From Geobacter sulfurreducens PCA (lineage in GTDB: Bacteria; Desulfobacterota; Desulfuromonadia; Geobacterales; Geobacteraceae): a DNA stretch of 32,000 nucleotides. Positions within the stretch are counted from its first letter, which is position 1; every line of letters begins with the position of its first letter. Positions 9,294 through 19,788 of this stretch are shown here, one piece after another. The stretch covers positions 360,001-392,000 of the forward strand of contig NC_002939.5 in NCBI RefSeq assembly GCF_000007985.2, written 5' to 3'. Made by a program: the position numbers and the translations under genes. The notes under the pieces were generated by a model, which was given only the letters and a program-made list of their open reading frames with translations, did no database searches and was not told the origin of the DNA.

Positions 9294-10466
9294 ATGGCTA
9301 GCACTGAGATAATGACAGTCAATATGGGACCGCAGCACCCGAGTACGCACGGCGTTCTGCGGATGGTCATCGAACTTGATGGAGAGGTTATCCAGAAGAT
9401 TACTCCGCATATCGGATATCTGCATCGGGGAGTGGAGAAGCTCTCCGAGCATCGTACCTATCACCAGACCATACCTCTAACTGACCGTCTCGACTACTTG
9501 GCGCCGATGAGCAATAACCTCGGCTATGTGTTGGCGGTTGAAAAGCTTTTGGGTATTGAGATTCCTGAGCGCGCTCAGACAATTCGCGTCATCATGGCTG
9601 AGCTCACCCGTCTCAAATCCCATTTGGTCTGGATTGCCTGCCACGCACTTGATATCGGAGCGATGACAGTCTTCATCTACGCTTTCCGTGAGCGTGAGAT
9701 GATCATGAGTCTCTATGAAAAGATATCCGGTGCACGGATGACCAGCAACTACTTCAGGGTCGGTGGACTTTCATCCGATGTTTATGACGGGTTCGAAAAG
9801 GATGTGCGGGAAGTCATCGACACATTCCCCGGTCACTTCGATACCTACGAAGGCCTTCTTACCAAAAACACCATCTGGGTCAACCGTACTGTTGGCAATG
9901 GCGTGATATCGGCTGAGGATGCCGTCGACTACGGGATAACCGGTCCTGCACTCCGCGGCTCGGGCGTTGATTGGGATTTGCGTCGTGACAATCCTTACAG
10001 TGGCTACGAGAAGTACTCGTTCAAGGTTCCTGTCGGTGAGAAGTGTGACACCTTTGACCGCTACAAGGTCAGGCTCATTGAAATGCGCGAAGCGGTCAAT
10101 ATCATCCGCCAAGCACTCGACTCGCTCAAGCCTGGGCCCGTGCTGGCTGACAATCCGCAGGTCACCTACCCGCCGAAGGAGAATGTTTACAACTCTATCG
10201 AAGGCCTCATTCACCACTTCAAGATAGCCAGCGAAGGTTTCCCTGTGCCAGAAGGTGAGGTGTACCAGTCGGTGGAAGCTCCCAAAGGAGAGCTTGGTTA
10301 CTACATCGTCAGCGACGGTGGCCCCAAGCCATACCGGATGAGAATAAGACCTCCTTCATTTGTAAACTTGGGGGCTATCGAGAAGATGGCTAAGGGATCG
10401 ATGATTGCCGACTTGGTTGCAGTCATCGGGACCTTGGATATCGTGCTTGGTGAAATCGACCGGTAA
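9294..10466 (+). CDS. nuoD: NADH-quinone oxidoreductase subunit D
   Basis: 390 aa. Contains NMGPQHPSTHGVLR and GYLHRGVEKL, with C-terminal LGEIDR. Confidence 0.95.
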   Translation: MASTEIMTVNMGPQHPSTHGVLRMVIELDGEVIQKITPHIGYLHRGVEKLSEHRTYHQTIPLTDRLDYLAPMSNNLGYVLAVEKLLGIEIPERAQTIRVIMAELTRLKSHLVWIACHALDIGAMTVFIYAFREREMIMSLYEKISGARMTSNYFRVGGLSSDVYDGFEKDVREVIDTFPGHFDTYEGLLTKNTIWVNRTVGNGVISAEDAVDYGITGPALRGSGVDWDLRRDNPYSGYEKYSFKVPVGEKCDTFDRYKVRLIEMREAVNIIRQALDSLKPGPVLADNPQVTYPPKENVYNSIEGLIHHFKIASEGFPVPEGEVYQSVEAPKGELGYYIVSDGGPKPYRMRIRPPSFVNLGAIEKMAKGSMIADLVAVIGTLDIVLGEIDR

Positions 10467-10493
10467 TGCCACTGCGATAAAGGAGAGGGAGTA

Positions 10494-11015
10494 ATGAGTA
10501 ACGCTCCGGCCGAAGCTACAACCACAGAGGAAGTGCCCGTTGAGGAAATAGACCTCGGGCCAGCCAACCATGTGATCGACAAGTACCTGACCCTGCCCGG
10601 TAACCTCATGCCGGTGCTGCAAGGCATTCAGGATGAGTATGGATACGTCCCCCGGCCCACCATCGATTTGGTTGCCGAGAGACTCAACGTGTATCCCAGT
10701 CAGATTTTCGGCGTACTTACGTTCTATGCTCAGTTCCACCTCAAGCCCCGCGGCCGCTTCATCATCCGGGTGTGCGTCGGAACGGCCTGTCACGTCCAGG
10801 GCGCTCCGCGAATCGTGGACACGTTCTTTGAGAAGTTGGGGATTGGTCACGCTGAGACAACACCCGACCTCCGCTACACATTTGAAAAGGTTGCCTGTCT
10901 TGGTGCTTGTGGTATGGCCCCGCTGGCAATGGTTAACGATGACACGTTCGGCAAGATGACGGTACAAAAGGTCGAAGAAATTATTGCCGAATACAATCAG
11001 AGACCGATGAAGTAA
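10494..11015 (+). CDS. nuoE: NADH-quinone oxidoreductase subunit E ([2Fe-2S] N1a)
   Basis: 173 aa. Cys pattern CVGTACHVQG ... ACLGACGMAP. Confidence 0.9.
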   Translation: MSNAPAEATTTEEVPVEEIDLGPANHVIDKYLTLPGNLMPVLQGIQDEYGYVPRPTIDLVAERLNVYPSQIFGVLTFYAQFHLKPRGRFIIRVCVGTACHVQGAPRIVDTFFEKLGIGHAETTPDLRYTFEKVACLGACGMAPLAMVNDDTFGKMTVQKVEEIIAEYNQRPMK

Positions 11016-11050
11016 CAGACCCAACCATTCACATCAGAGGATAGAGCGTT

Positions 11051-12826
11051 ATGGGCGAAGCGATAAAGATTCTGATCTGTCAGGGGACCGGTGGTGTCTC
11101 AGCGGGTGCTAAAAAGGTTGAGGCGGAGTTCCTCCGTGTTATCGGTGAAAAGGGCGTCGATGCCACCGTCGGCAAACGATGTGACGTCATCAAGACCGGC
11201 TGTCGCGGCCTGTGTGCAAACGATGTTCTTGTGGATATTGTAGATCCCGAGCTTGGGCGTGTAACTTACGATTTCGTTCTGCCAGAAGAAGTCGAAAAGA
11301 TTGTGGCCGAGCATATCGTCAACCGGACCCCCCTTGAGAAGCGCAAAGCAAAACCGTACTACAACACGTTCGTAGACCAGCAGATGAGGGTTGTTATGAC
11401 CGGGTGCGGTCAGATCGACCCGGAAAGTCTCGATGCGTATCTAGAAGAGGACGGCTTCAAGGCAATTGAAAAATGCGTTAAGGAAATGACTCCCGCTGCA
11501 GTTATCGACGAAGTCAAGAAGTCTGGACTTCGAGGTAGAGGGGGCGGTGGCTTCCCGACGGGCATGAAGTGGTCTTTCTGTGCTGCGACGCCCGGCAAAC
11601 TGAAGTATGTCATCTGCAATGCGGACGAAGGTGACCCCGGTGCTTTCATGGACCGGTCGATTCTCGAGGGTGACCCTTACTGCATCATTGAAGGAATGAT
11701 GATAGCGGCATACGCAATCGGCTGTACTGCTGGCTATGTGTACGTACGGGCAGAGTACCCACTTGCTATTGAGCGTCTGCAGAAGGCTCTCGATGTTTGC
11801 TACGAAAAGGGCTACCTCGGCAAGAACGTCATGGGCTGGGGATTCGACTTCGACCTTCGGATCAAGAAGGGTGCGGGGGCCTTTGTGTGCGGTGAGGAAA
11901 CCGCGCTCATGGCTTCGATCGAAGGCGAGCGGGGAATGCCTCGCCCTCGTCCGCCGTTCCCCGCTGTCAAAGGTCTGTGGGGGAAGCCTACCAACATTAA
12001 CAACGTTGAGACGTTCGCCAACGTGCGTCACATCATCCTGAAGGGTGCTGACTGGTACGCATCTCTCGGTACTGATACCACAAAAGGGACAAAGATCTTC
12101 GCGGTCACCGGTAAAGTAAAGCACACGGGACTTGTGGAAGTCCCGGCGGGTATGAGCGTGCGCGAAGTTATCTATAACGTTTGCGGCGGCATCGCCAACA
12201 ACCGGAAGTTCAAAGCAGTTCAGGCAGGTGGACCATCAGGCGGATGTATTCCCTCAGAAGTTCTCGATACACCGGTTGATTATGACTCGCTTATCAAGGC
12301 CGGTGCCATGATGGGCTCCGGTGGTCTCGTCGTCATGGACGAAACTACCTGCATGGTCGACGTAGCACGCTTCTTCCTTACCTTCACGCGGATGGAATCA
12401 TGCGGTAAATGCGTTCCGTGCCGCATTGGACTCAAGGCGATGTTGGACATCCTCGAACGCATCACCGAAGGAAGAGGCCAAGCTGGTGACATTGAGACAC
12501 TGCTTGAGATGGGGAGCACCATCAAAAAGGCCTCACTCTGCGGTCTGGGCCAGACAGCACCCAACCCGATCCTCTCCACGATCAAGTATTTCCGTGAGGA
12601 GTATGAAGCGCATATCAATGATCGGCGTTGCCCGTCGAACTGCTGTAAAGAGCTTCTGTTGTGGCAAGTAGTCGAGGAAAAGTGCGTTAAGTGCGGAGCC
12701 TGCTTCAAGGCATGCCCTGTTGACGCAATTATCTGGGAGAAGGGGCAAATTGCAATCCTAGATAAAGAGAAATGCACCAAATGCAAATCCTGCTACGACG
12801 CCTGCCGGTTCATGGCCATCGAGTAG
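11051..12826 (+). CDS. nuoF: NADH-quinone oxidoreductase subunit F, extended HndC/HydB-like form (extra N-terminal thioredoxin-like domain and C-terminal 2x[4Fe-4S] ferredoxin domain)
   Basis: 591 aa. FMN/NADH site GRGGGGFPTGMKW. N3 cluster SCGKCVPCRIG. N-terminal ILICQGTGGVSAG...TGCRGLC. C-terminal CVKCGACFKACP and CTKCKSCYDACR. Confidence 0.9.
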   Translation: MGEAIKILICQGTGGVSAGAKKVEAEFLRVIGEKGVDATVGKRCDVIKTGCRGLCANDVLVDIVDPELGRVTYDFVLPEEVEKIVAEHIVNRTPLEKRKAKPYYNTFVDQQMRVVMTGCGQIDPESLDAYLEEDGFKAIEKCVKEMTPAAVIDEVKKSGLRGRGGGGFPTGMKWSFCAATPGKLKYVICNADEGDPGAFMDRSILEGDPYCIIEGMMIAAYAIGCTAGYVYVRAEYPLAIERLQKALDVCYEKGYLGKNVMGWGFDFDLRIKKGAGAFVCGEETALMASIEGERGMPRPRPPFPAVKGLWGKPTNINNVETFANVRHIILKGADWYASLGTDTTKGTKIFAVTGKVKHTGLVEVPAGMSVREVIYNVCGGIANNRKFKAVQAGGPSGGCIPSEVLDTPVDYDSLIKAGAMMGSGGLVVMDETTCMVDVARFFLTFTRMESCGKCVPCRIGLKAMLDILERITEGRGQAGDIETLLEMGSTIKKASLCGLGQTAPNPILSTIKYFREEYEAHINDRRCPSNCCKELLLWQVVEEKCVKCGACFKACPVDAIIWEKGQIAILDKEKCTKCKSCYDACRFMAIE

Positions 12827-12866
12827 CGAGCTGTAAGTCATACATCCGAGGGAGACAGAGGTCGAG

Positions 12867-15347
12867 ATGGTAACTCTTACAATCGATGACAAGCAGGTAA
12901 CGGTACCGAAAGACGCTACCATATTTGATGCCGCCAAACAGGCAGGAATCAGAATTCCCATACTCTGCCACGACAAGAAGCTGCACCCCTTCGGCGGGTG
13001 CCGCATGTGCCTAGTCGAAGTCGAGCAGATGAAGGGTCGCCAGATCCCGGCTTGTACAACGCCCGTTACGGAGGGCATGATAGTCCGGACCATGACCGAC
13101 GAGATCGTCAAGGCTCGGAAAATGGTCCTTGAACTGCTCCTGCTCAAGCACCCCATAGACTGTCCTGTCTGTGATGCCGCTGGGGATTGCGATCTCCAGA
13201 ATCTGACTTATGAATACGGCGTAGATACAAACCGCTTTACTGACGAGAAGTTCAACTGGAAGATCGACTACGTGAACCCGCTTATCGAGCGGGACATGAA
13301 CCGTTGCGTTCATTGTGGGAAATGCGCGCGGATTTGTGACGAGATCGTGTCGTTTGGTGCATATTCCTTTATCAATCGCGGTATAGAAGCAAAAATCGGC
13401 ACCGAATTCGATGGTCCGCTCAACTGCGAGTTCTGCGGTTCGTGTGTCTCGGTTTGTCCCGTTGGTGCGCTGATTAGCCGTCCGTTTAAGTTCAAAGCGC
13501 GCTGGTGGGCACTGAATAAGGTAAAGACCGTTTGCTCCTACTGCGGGACTGGCTGCCAGTTGACGCTTGGTGTCAAAGACAACAAGGTCCTTACCACCAT
13601 CTATGATGAAAATCAGGGATTTCACAACGGCCAGCTCTGCACTCGTGGCCGGTGGGGATATCAGTTTGTTAACAGTTCCAAGCGCCTGACCACTCCGCTT
13701 ATCAGAAAGGGCGATACGCTCCAGCCCGCAAGCTGGGATGAGGCGTTGGGCATGGTTGCCGACCGGCTCAAGACTTCTAAAGATGCCGCAGCCACATTGG
13801 TCACCCCTCGTCTTACCAACGAAGAGCTTTACCTTCTGAAGCGAGTTGTTAAGGATGCTGTCGGGAGCGACAACCTCGACCATTCCGGCGGCTACGCACA
13901 TGAGGCTCTCACTGCTGGCGCGAGGGAGAGCCTTGGATTCCCCGGATCGCCGTCGGTCATCGCCGACATTCAGAAGAGCGAGCTTCTTCTGGTTATCAAG
14001 ACGGATGCGTACGAAACGCACCCTGTTATTGGCTTTGAAGTCAACCTAGCAGTCAAGCGCCAAGGCGTAGCGCTCCGTATTCTTTCTGACAAGAAGGGTA
14101 AGCTTTCTCGGCTTCCCGGCGCTCAGACGTATGTCCACACCCCCGGCGCAGAGTTGGTGCTCGTTAACGCACTCGCCAAGACGATAGTTGATGAAGGACT
14201 TCATGATGCCTCCAGCGTCGGAGCCATCAAGGGGTTTGACGCATGGCTTAAGAGTATTGAGAGCTGTACACCTGACCAAGCAGCTGGTCAGTGTGGTATT
14301 GCTGCGGACACCATCAAGGCAGTGGCGCGTGAGTACGCAGCAGCCGGTAAGGCTCTGATCATGCTTCCTCTCGGGATGGGGTACCCGGGGCATGGGAAGG
14401 CCCTTGCCCAAGCACTCATTAATCTCGCGCTTCTTACCGGTCGCGTGGGTAAGGAAGGCTGCGGTGTTCTGATCATGGGCGAGAAGAACAATAGCCAAGG
14501 CGCAGCAGATCTCGGGATTCATCCGACCGCTAATGGGTTGAACGCACAGGCAATCCTGGCTGGGTGCTCAGCCGGCAGCATCAAAACGTTGTATGTGGTA
14601 GGAGAGAATCCGGTGGTTTCCTACCCTAACCGTAAGCAGGTTGAAGCAGCCCTCGACGCGGTTGAGTTTCTTGTTGTTCAGGATCTGTTCCTCACGGAAA
14701 CAGCATCTAAAGCCGACGTTGTACTTCCCGCCTGCTCCTTCGCAGAAAAGGACGGAACGTTTACAAGTCTCGGTGGGGCTGTCCAACGCGTCAATAGAGC
14801 AATTACCCCTCTTGGCGACTGCCGCAGTGATTTTGACATCCTTAACATGCTCCATGCAAAGCTGACCGGTCAGGCAGCCTATACCAGCCAAAAGGAAGCA
14901 TTCGCTGATCTTGCCGCGGCCACACCCGGCTATGCGGGTCTGACTCTTGAAGGTCTAGGGGATGCTGGTGCCGTCAGAGTCAACAACTGCACGGCGTCTT
15001 TTGTCCCGGTTGCGACCAGCACTGTGACAACTGAGGCAGGGAAGTTCGCACTCCTGACGGGGAGTGCCCTGAACCACTCCGGTACACTGTCACTTTATGG
15101 TGAAGGACCGATGTTGGTCTGTCCGGAAGGGTATCTGGAGCTTAACAAGGACGACGCCGCAAAACTCTCTATAACCGAGGGTGATGCGGTAACAATGAAG
15201 TCGGCTACAGGCGAACTTCGTCTCAAGGCCAAGGTCGGCACTCGCTTGCCGCAAGGGGTCGCGTTCGCACCGTACCATTTTGCAGAAGCATCAATCAATT
15301 CGCTGACGGGCGCCACGGCTATTACGTGGATAACTATCAGTAAGTAG
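12867..15347 (+). CDS. nuoG: NADH-quinone oxidoreductase subunit G (75-kDa type, with a molybdopterin-oxidoreductase-like domain)
   Basis: 826 aa. N-terminal [2Fe-2S] region (CHDKKLHPFGGCRMCLVEV). Also HPIDCPVCDAAGDCDLQ, CVHCGKCARICDE and CEFCGSCVSVCPVGAL. Confidence 0.95.
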   Translation: MVTLTIDDKQVTVPKDATIFDAAKQAGIRIPILCHDKKLHPFGGCRMCLVEVEQMKGRQIPACTTPVTEGMIVRTMTDEIVKARKMVLELLLLKHPIDCPVCDAAGDCDLQNLTYEYGVDTNRFTDEKFNWKIDYVNPLIERDMNRCVHCGKCARICDEIVSFGAYSFINRGIEAKIGTEFDGPLNCEFCGSCVSVCPVGALISRPFKFKARWWALNKVKTVCSYCGTGCQLTLGVKDNKVLTTIYDENQGFHNGQLCTRGRWGYQFVNSSKRLTTPLIRKGDTLQPASWDEALGMVADRLKTSKDAAATLVTPRLTNEELYLLKRVVKDAVGSDNLDHSGGYAHEALTAGARESLGFPGSPSVIADIQKSELLLVIKTDAYETHPVIGFEVNLAVKRQGVALRILSDKKGKLSRLPGAQTYVHTPGAELVLVNALAKTIVDEGLHDASSVGAIKGFDAWLKSIESCTPDQAAGQCGIAADTIKAVAREYAAAGKALIMLPLGMGYPGHGKALAQALINLALLTGRVGKEGCGVLIMGEKNNSQGAADLGIHPTANGLNAQAILAGCSAGSIKTLYVVGENPVVSYPNRKQVEAALDAVEFLVVQDLFLTETASKADVVLPACSFAEKDGTFTSLGGAVQRVNRAITPLGDCRSDFDILNMLHAKLTGQAAYTSQKEAFADLAAATPGYAGLTLEGLGDAGAVRVNNCTASFVPVATSTVTTEAGKFALLTGSALNHSGTLSLYGEGPMLVCPEGYLELNKDDAAKLSITEGDAVTMKSATGELRLKAKVGTRLPQGVAFAPYHFAEASINSLTGATAITWITISK

Positions 15348-15399
15348 CAGGTAATAGCCACCAGTTTCCTAACAAAAGACAGAAGAGGAAGAGGAACAC

Positions 15400-16446
15400 A
15401 TGGGATACGAACTGTTCGGACTGCCAATGATCTACTACATCTCCATGGTAGCAAAGGTCCTTGTGGTATTCGTGTTCGTCCTGCTCACCGTTGCATATGC
15501 AACCTACGCAGAGCGGAAGATCATCGGCCACATGCAGGTGCGGCTTGGACCAATGCGAACGGGCTGGCATGGGCTTCTGCAGCCGATTGCTGACGGCCTT
15601 AAGCTTTTCTTCAAGGAAGAGATTGTCCCCAGCCAAGCGGATAAGTTTGCGTTTCTGATTGCGCCGATCATTGCGTTGGTTCCGGCCTTTATTGGATTTG
15701 CCGTCATCCCCTTCGGTGAAACTATTGAAGTGGCTGGATACAAAATTCCCCTGCAGATTGCCGGCTACTATGACACTGTCTCAGGACAGGTAGTCGACAT
15801 GAACGTCGGAGTGCTGTATATCCTCGCACTTGCGTCCATCGGTGTCTATGGAATCGTTCTGGCGGGGTGGTCTTCTAACAGCAAGTACTCTCTCCTCGGT
15901 GGACTGAGATCGTCGGCGCAGATGATCTCCTACGAATTGGCTGCAGGGTTGGCGATTATATCGGTCTTCATGCTTTCCGAGTCACTCTCGTTGCAGAAGA
16001 TCGTAGCCGACCAGGCTAATGGAGCATGGTACTGTTTCAAACAGCCGCTCGCCTTCATTCTCTTCTTCATCTGCTCTCTCGCAGAAATCAACCGGACGCC
16101 GTTCGACCTGCCTGAGGCGGAAACGGAGCTGGTATCAGGCTTCTGCACTGAATATTCAAGTATGAAGTACGCGATGTTCTTTATGGCAGAATATGCGAAC
16201 ATGGTGACCGTCTGCGCTGTGACAACCACTCTTTTCCTCGGTGGATGGCATGGTCCGGCCTTCCTTCCCGGGTGGGCATGGTTCATCGCCAAGGTCTACT
16301 TCCTGATTTTTGTCTGCATGTGGATTCGGGCGACCTATCCGCGCTACCGGTACGATCAACTGATGCGTTTGGGTTGGAAGGTCTTCCTCCCGCTTACCTT
16401 GGTGAATATTATTGTCACGGGTATAGTAGTGTCGCTCCAATCGTAA
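15400..16446 (+). CDS. nuoH: NADH-quinone oxidoreductase subunit H
   Basis: 348-aa polytopic protein. Contains AERKIIGHMQVRLGP, NRTPFDLPEAETELV and EYSSMKYAMFFMAEY. Confidence 0.95.
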   Translation: MGYELFGLPMIYYISMVAKVLVVFVFVLLTVAYATYAERKIIGHMQVRLGPMRTGWHGLLQPIADGLKLFFKEEIVPSQADKFAFLIAPIIALVPAFIGFAVIPFGETIEVAGYKIPLQIAGYYDTVSGQVVDMNVGVLYILALASIGVYGIVLAGWSSNSKYSLLGGLRSSAQMISYELAAGLAIISVFMLSESLSLQKIVADQANGAWYCFKQPLAFILFFICSLAEINRTPFDLPEAETELVSGFCTEYSSMKYAMFFMAEYANMVTVCAVTTTLFLGGWHGPAFLPGWAWFIAKVYFLIFVCMWIRATYPRYRYDQLMRLGWKVFLPLTLVNIIVTGIVVSLQS

Positions 16447-16467
16447 CTCCACTACGAGGTCACAGCC

Positions 16468-16866
16468 ATGATAATGCCGTTAATTAATGGACTCAAAATC
16501 ACGTTAAAGCATATGTTCATGAAGCCGGTAACGCTCCAGTACCCTGATGAGCGACCGACTCCATCCCCTAACTTCCGCGGTCTTCATGCGCTGAAGGTAT
16601 CGCACGATAAAGCAAAGTGCGTAGCGTGTTACCTTTGCCCGACAGTCTGCCCGGCGAAGTGCATAACGGTTGAGGCTGGCGAAGACGCAACTCATGACAA
16701 GTATGCAGAACGCTATGAGATCGACATGCTGAGGTGCATCTTCTGTGGTTACTGCGTTGAAGCCTGTCCTGTAGATGCTCTGAAGATGACTGGCCAGTTT
16801 GAACTTGCAAACTATAAGCGTGAAGACTTCATCTTTGTCAAAGAGAGACTCTTAGAAAAGAAATAA
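16468..16866 (+). CDS. nuoI: NADH-quinone oxidoreductase subunit I (2x[4Fe-4S])
   Basis: 132 aa. Contains CVACYLCPTVCP and CIFCGYCVEACP. Confidence 0.95.
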   Translation: MIMPLINGLKITLKHMFMKPVTLQYPDERPTPSPNFRGLHALKVSHDKAKCVACYLCPTVCPAKCITVEAGEDATHDKYAERYEIDMLRCIFCGYCVEACPVDALKMTGQFELANYKREDFIFVKERLLEKK

Positions 16867-16876
16867 AGGAGCAGCA

Positions 16877-17380
16877 ATGGAAACGTTCTTCTTCACGATC
16901 GTGGCAGCGGTTGCTGTACTGGCCAGCATACTGGTCATCACCTGCAAGAACCCGATCAACAGCGCGCTCTCCCTTATCCTGACGTTCTTCTGTCTTGCCA
17001 CCTTCTACGTGATGCTCGACGCTCCGTTCATGGCGGCCATTCAGGTGATCGTCTACGCTGGGGCCATTATGGTGCTAATTGTCTTCGTCATAATGCTTCT
17101 CAACGTGCGGACTGAGGCCGGGAGACGCTCCTCTCACACCGTGCTTCTCGGCTCGCTGGTCGGTATATTTACGCTTGTTCAGCTGTTCTATGTACTCAAT
17201 CGGAGCTCTCTCACTGGCAACAAGGGTGAGATCAGCCCTGAACTGATACATCGGATCGGGCACACTGAAATTATCGGCAAAGCACTCTACACGGATTTCC
17301 TTTTGCCTTTTGAGGTGACATCCATACTGTTGCTTGTTGCCATAATTGGTGCCGTAATACTGACTAAGAAAAAAATCTAA
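16877..17380 (+). CDS. nuoJ: NADH-quinone oxidoreductase subunit J
   Basis: 167-aa membrane protein in the canonical position. AAAGGAG SD upstream. Confidence 0.9.
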   Translation: METFFFTIVAAVAVLASILVITCKNPINSALSLILTFFCLATFYVMLDAPFMAAIQVIVYAGAIMVLIVFVIMLLNVRTEAGRRSSHTVLLGSLVGIFTLVQLFYVLNRSSLTGNKGEISPELIHRIGHTEIIGKALYTDFLLPFEVTSILLLVAIIGAVILTKKKI

Positions 17381-17398
17381 CCGACAGGGGTGAAGCAC

Positions 17399-17701
17399 AT
17401 GGTATCCTTGCACAGCTACCTGATAGTAAGCGCAATACTGTTTTCGATCGGCACCATTGGTGTTCTCGTCAGGCGTAATGCAATAGTTATATTTATGTGT
17501 GTCGAGATGATGTTGAATGCTGTAAACCTGACATTCATCGCACTCTCAAGGCATCTCGGCAATATCGATGGGCAAATTTTTGTCTTCTTTGTCATGACTG
17601 TGGCAGCTGCCGAAGCTGCTGTGGGTCTGGCGCTCATGATCGCGTTCTACAAAAACCGTGAGTCCATAGACGTAGAAGATGTCAAGCTCATGAAGCTGTA
17701 G
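17399..17701 (+). CDS. nuoK: NADH-quinone oxidoreductase subunit K
   Basis: 100 aa. [27 protein letters not shown] aligns from the first residue with typical NuoK. ATG 17399 follows a GGGGTGA SD-like tract. The ORF-track GTG at 17390 has no SD. Confidence 0.9.
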   Translation: MVSLHSYLIVSAILFSIGTIGVLVRRNAIVIFMCVEMMLNAVNLTFIALSRHLGNIDGQIFVFFVMTVAAAEAAVGLALMIAFYKNRESIDVEDVKLMKL

Positions 17702-17754
17702 CCGAGAGAGCAGATATAAGAATTCTGAATTTCTCGCTATAAAAGGAGTCAGGA

Positions 17755-19755
17755 ATGTTCGAGTACGTATGGCTGATACCCCTGTTTCCCCTGATCGGTG
17801 TCATTATTAATGGCCTATTTGGGAAATCAATCAAGAACGAGAAGGTCATTGGTGGCATTGGCGCACTGATGGTGTTCTGTTCATTTCTCGTGTCGTGCGG
17901 AATTCTCATTCAGTTGCTTTCACTCCCTGTGGAGGAGAGGTTCTTTGAGAAGTCCCTCTTCACATGGATCGCTGCCGGTACATTTAAGACTGACATTGGT
18001 TTCCTCATCGACCCGCTCTCGACACTTATGATCATGGTGGTAACCGGTGTCGGTTTCCTGATTCACGTTTACTCCATAGGCTACATGCACGGCGAAGAAG
18101 GGTTTTACCGGTACTTTACTTACCTGAACCTCTTCACGTTCTCCATGCTTTTGCTGGTCCTGGGCAGTAACCTGCTCCTGATGTTTGTCGGTTGGGAAGG
18201 TGTCGGTCTCTGTTCCTATCTGCTCATCGGTTACTACTTCCATAAAAAATCCGCTGGTGATGCTGGCAAAAAAGCATTCGTGATGAACCGGGTCGGTGAT
18301 TTTGGCTTCCTTCTCGGTACATTTACGCTGTTCTGGTATCTTGGCCAGAACCATAATGTATGGACCATCAACTTCCGTGAGCTTTCCGCTAATGCACACT
18401 TGCTGCCCGTAGGTGGGATAGTTACGGTAATCACGCTCTGCTTCTTCCTGGGAGCCACCGGCAAATCTGCACAGATACCCCTCTATACATGGCTTCCCGA
18501 CGCCATGGAGGGTCCCACACCCGTATCAGCCCTCATCCATGCCGCAACAATGGTTACTGCGGGTGTGTACATGATTGGCCGCCTGAATTTCGTGTACATC
18601 AGATCGCATGAAACAATGATGATTGTTGCAATTATCGGTGCGGCAACCGCGATTTTCGCCGCGACCATCGGTACGGCTCAGAATGATATCAAGCGAGTTC
18701 TGGCATACTCCACGGTTTCTCAGCTCGGGTTCATGTTCCTTGCAATGGGCGTTGGTGCATTCACTGCAGGTATCTTCCACCTCATGACCCACGCCTTTTT
18801 CAAGGCATGTCTGTTCCTTGGTTCCGGTTCGGTTATCCATGCAATGCACCATGCACTCCATCATGCGCACTCTCATGATGACCCGCAAGACATGCGCAAC
18901 ATGGGCGGTCTGCGCAAGGCCATGCCGATTACCTTCCTGACATTCCTTGCTTCAACCATTGCTATTGCAGGTATTCCCGGCTTCTCCGGCTTCTTCTCAA
19001 AGGACGAGATTCTCTGGCAAGCGTTTGCCAACCCCCTGCATGGCAGTCTCAATATGATTCTGTGGGGTACTGGTGCCGTTGCCGCAGGGTTCACAGCCTT
19101 CTACATGTTCCGCTTGGTGTTCATGACGTTCACTGGCGAGTGCCGGATTAACCCGAAGGCCAAGGATCATCTCCATGAGTCACCCTTTGTTATAACGTTC
19201 CCTCTTATTGTCCTTGGCATACTCGCCGTAGTTGGAGGCTATGTGGGGATGCCCAAGGTTCTGGGCATGCTGCCCAACTACCTTGAGCACTATCTTGAGC
19301 CTGTCTTTGTTGGGTCCCACGAGTTCATGCAGCAGCAGCTGCAAGGGCATGGTGAAGCACATCACAGCCACGCACTTGAGTTTGGACTCATGGGACTGTC
19401 GGTACTCATTGCACTGGTGGGTATATCGATTGCCTATGTCCTCTATGTGATGTCTCCGTCACTGCCCGCAAAGTTTACAGCCGCGTTCCCGGCGCTCCAC
19501 AGGGCTGTATACAATAAGTGGTACGTGGATGAGCTCTATGATTTCCTCTTCGTTAATCCGTGCAAGGCTCTCGGCAATTTCCTGTGGAAAGGATTCGACG
19601 TTGTAGTCGTCGATGGTATGGTCAATGGAGTTGCCGCTGTTGTGAAAGGATTCGGGAGTGTTCTTCGGAACACCCAGACCGGTTACGTGCACAACTATGC
19701 CTTCTCCATGGCTGTTGGCGTGGTGGTGATCGTAGCGTTTTACCTCTTCCGCTAA
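17755..19755 (+). CDS. nuoL: NADH-quinone oxidoreductase subunit L (antiporter-like)
   Basis: 666 aa. Mrp/NuoL-type repeats (GWEGVGLCSYLLIGYY, KSAQIPLYTWLPDAMEGPTPVSALIHAATMV). Confidence 0.95.
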   Translation: MFEYVWLIPLFPLIGVIINGLFGKSIKNEKVIGGIGALMVFCSFLVSCGILIQLLSLPVEERFFEKSLFTWIAAGTFKTDIGFLIDPLSTLMIMVVTGVGFLIHVYSIGYMHGEEGFYRYFTYLNLFTFSMLLLVLGSNLLLMFVGWEGVGLCSYLLIGYYFHKKSAGDAGKKAFVMNRVGDFGFLLGTFTLFWYLGQNHNVWTINFRELSANAHLLPVGGIVTVITLCFFLGATGKSAQIPLYTWLPDAMEGPTPVSALIHAATMVTAGVYMIGRLNFVYIRSHETMMIVAIIGAATAIFAATIGTAQNDIKRVLAYSTVSQLGFMFLAMGVGAFTAGIFHLMTHAFFKACLFLGSGSVIHAMHHALHHAHSHDDPQDMRNMGGLRKAMPITFLTFLASTIAIAGIPGFSGFFSKDEILWQAFANPLHGSLNMILWGTGAVAAGFTAFYMFRLVFMTFTGECRINPKAKDHLHESPFVITFPLIVLGILAVVGGYVGMPKVLGMLPNYLEHYLEPVFVGSHEFMQQQLQGHGEAHHSHALEFGLMGLSVLIALVGISIAYVLYVMSPSLPAKFTAAFPALHRAVYNKWYVDELYDFLFVNPCKALGNFLWKGFDVVVVDGMVNGVAAVVKGFGSVLRNTQTGYVHNYAFSMAVGVVVIVAFYLFR

Positions 19756-19788
19756 CAAAGTATTACTAGGACTAAAGGAGCAGAGTTC

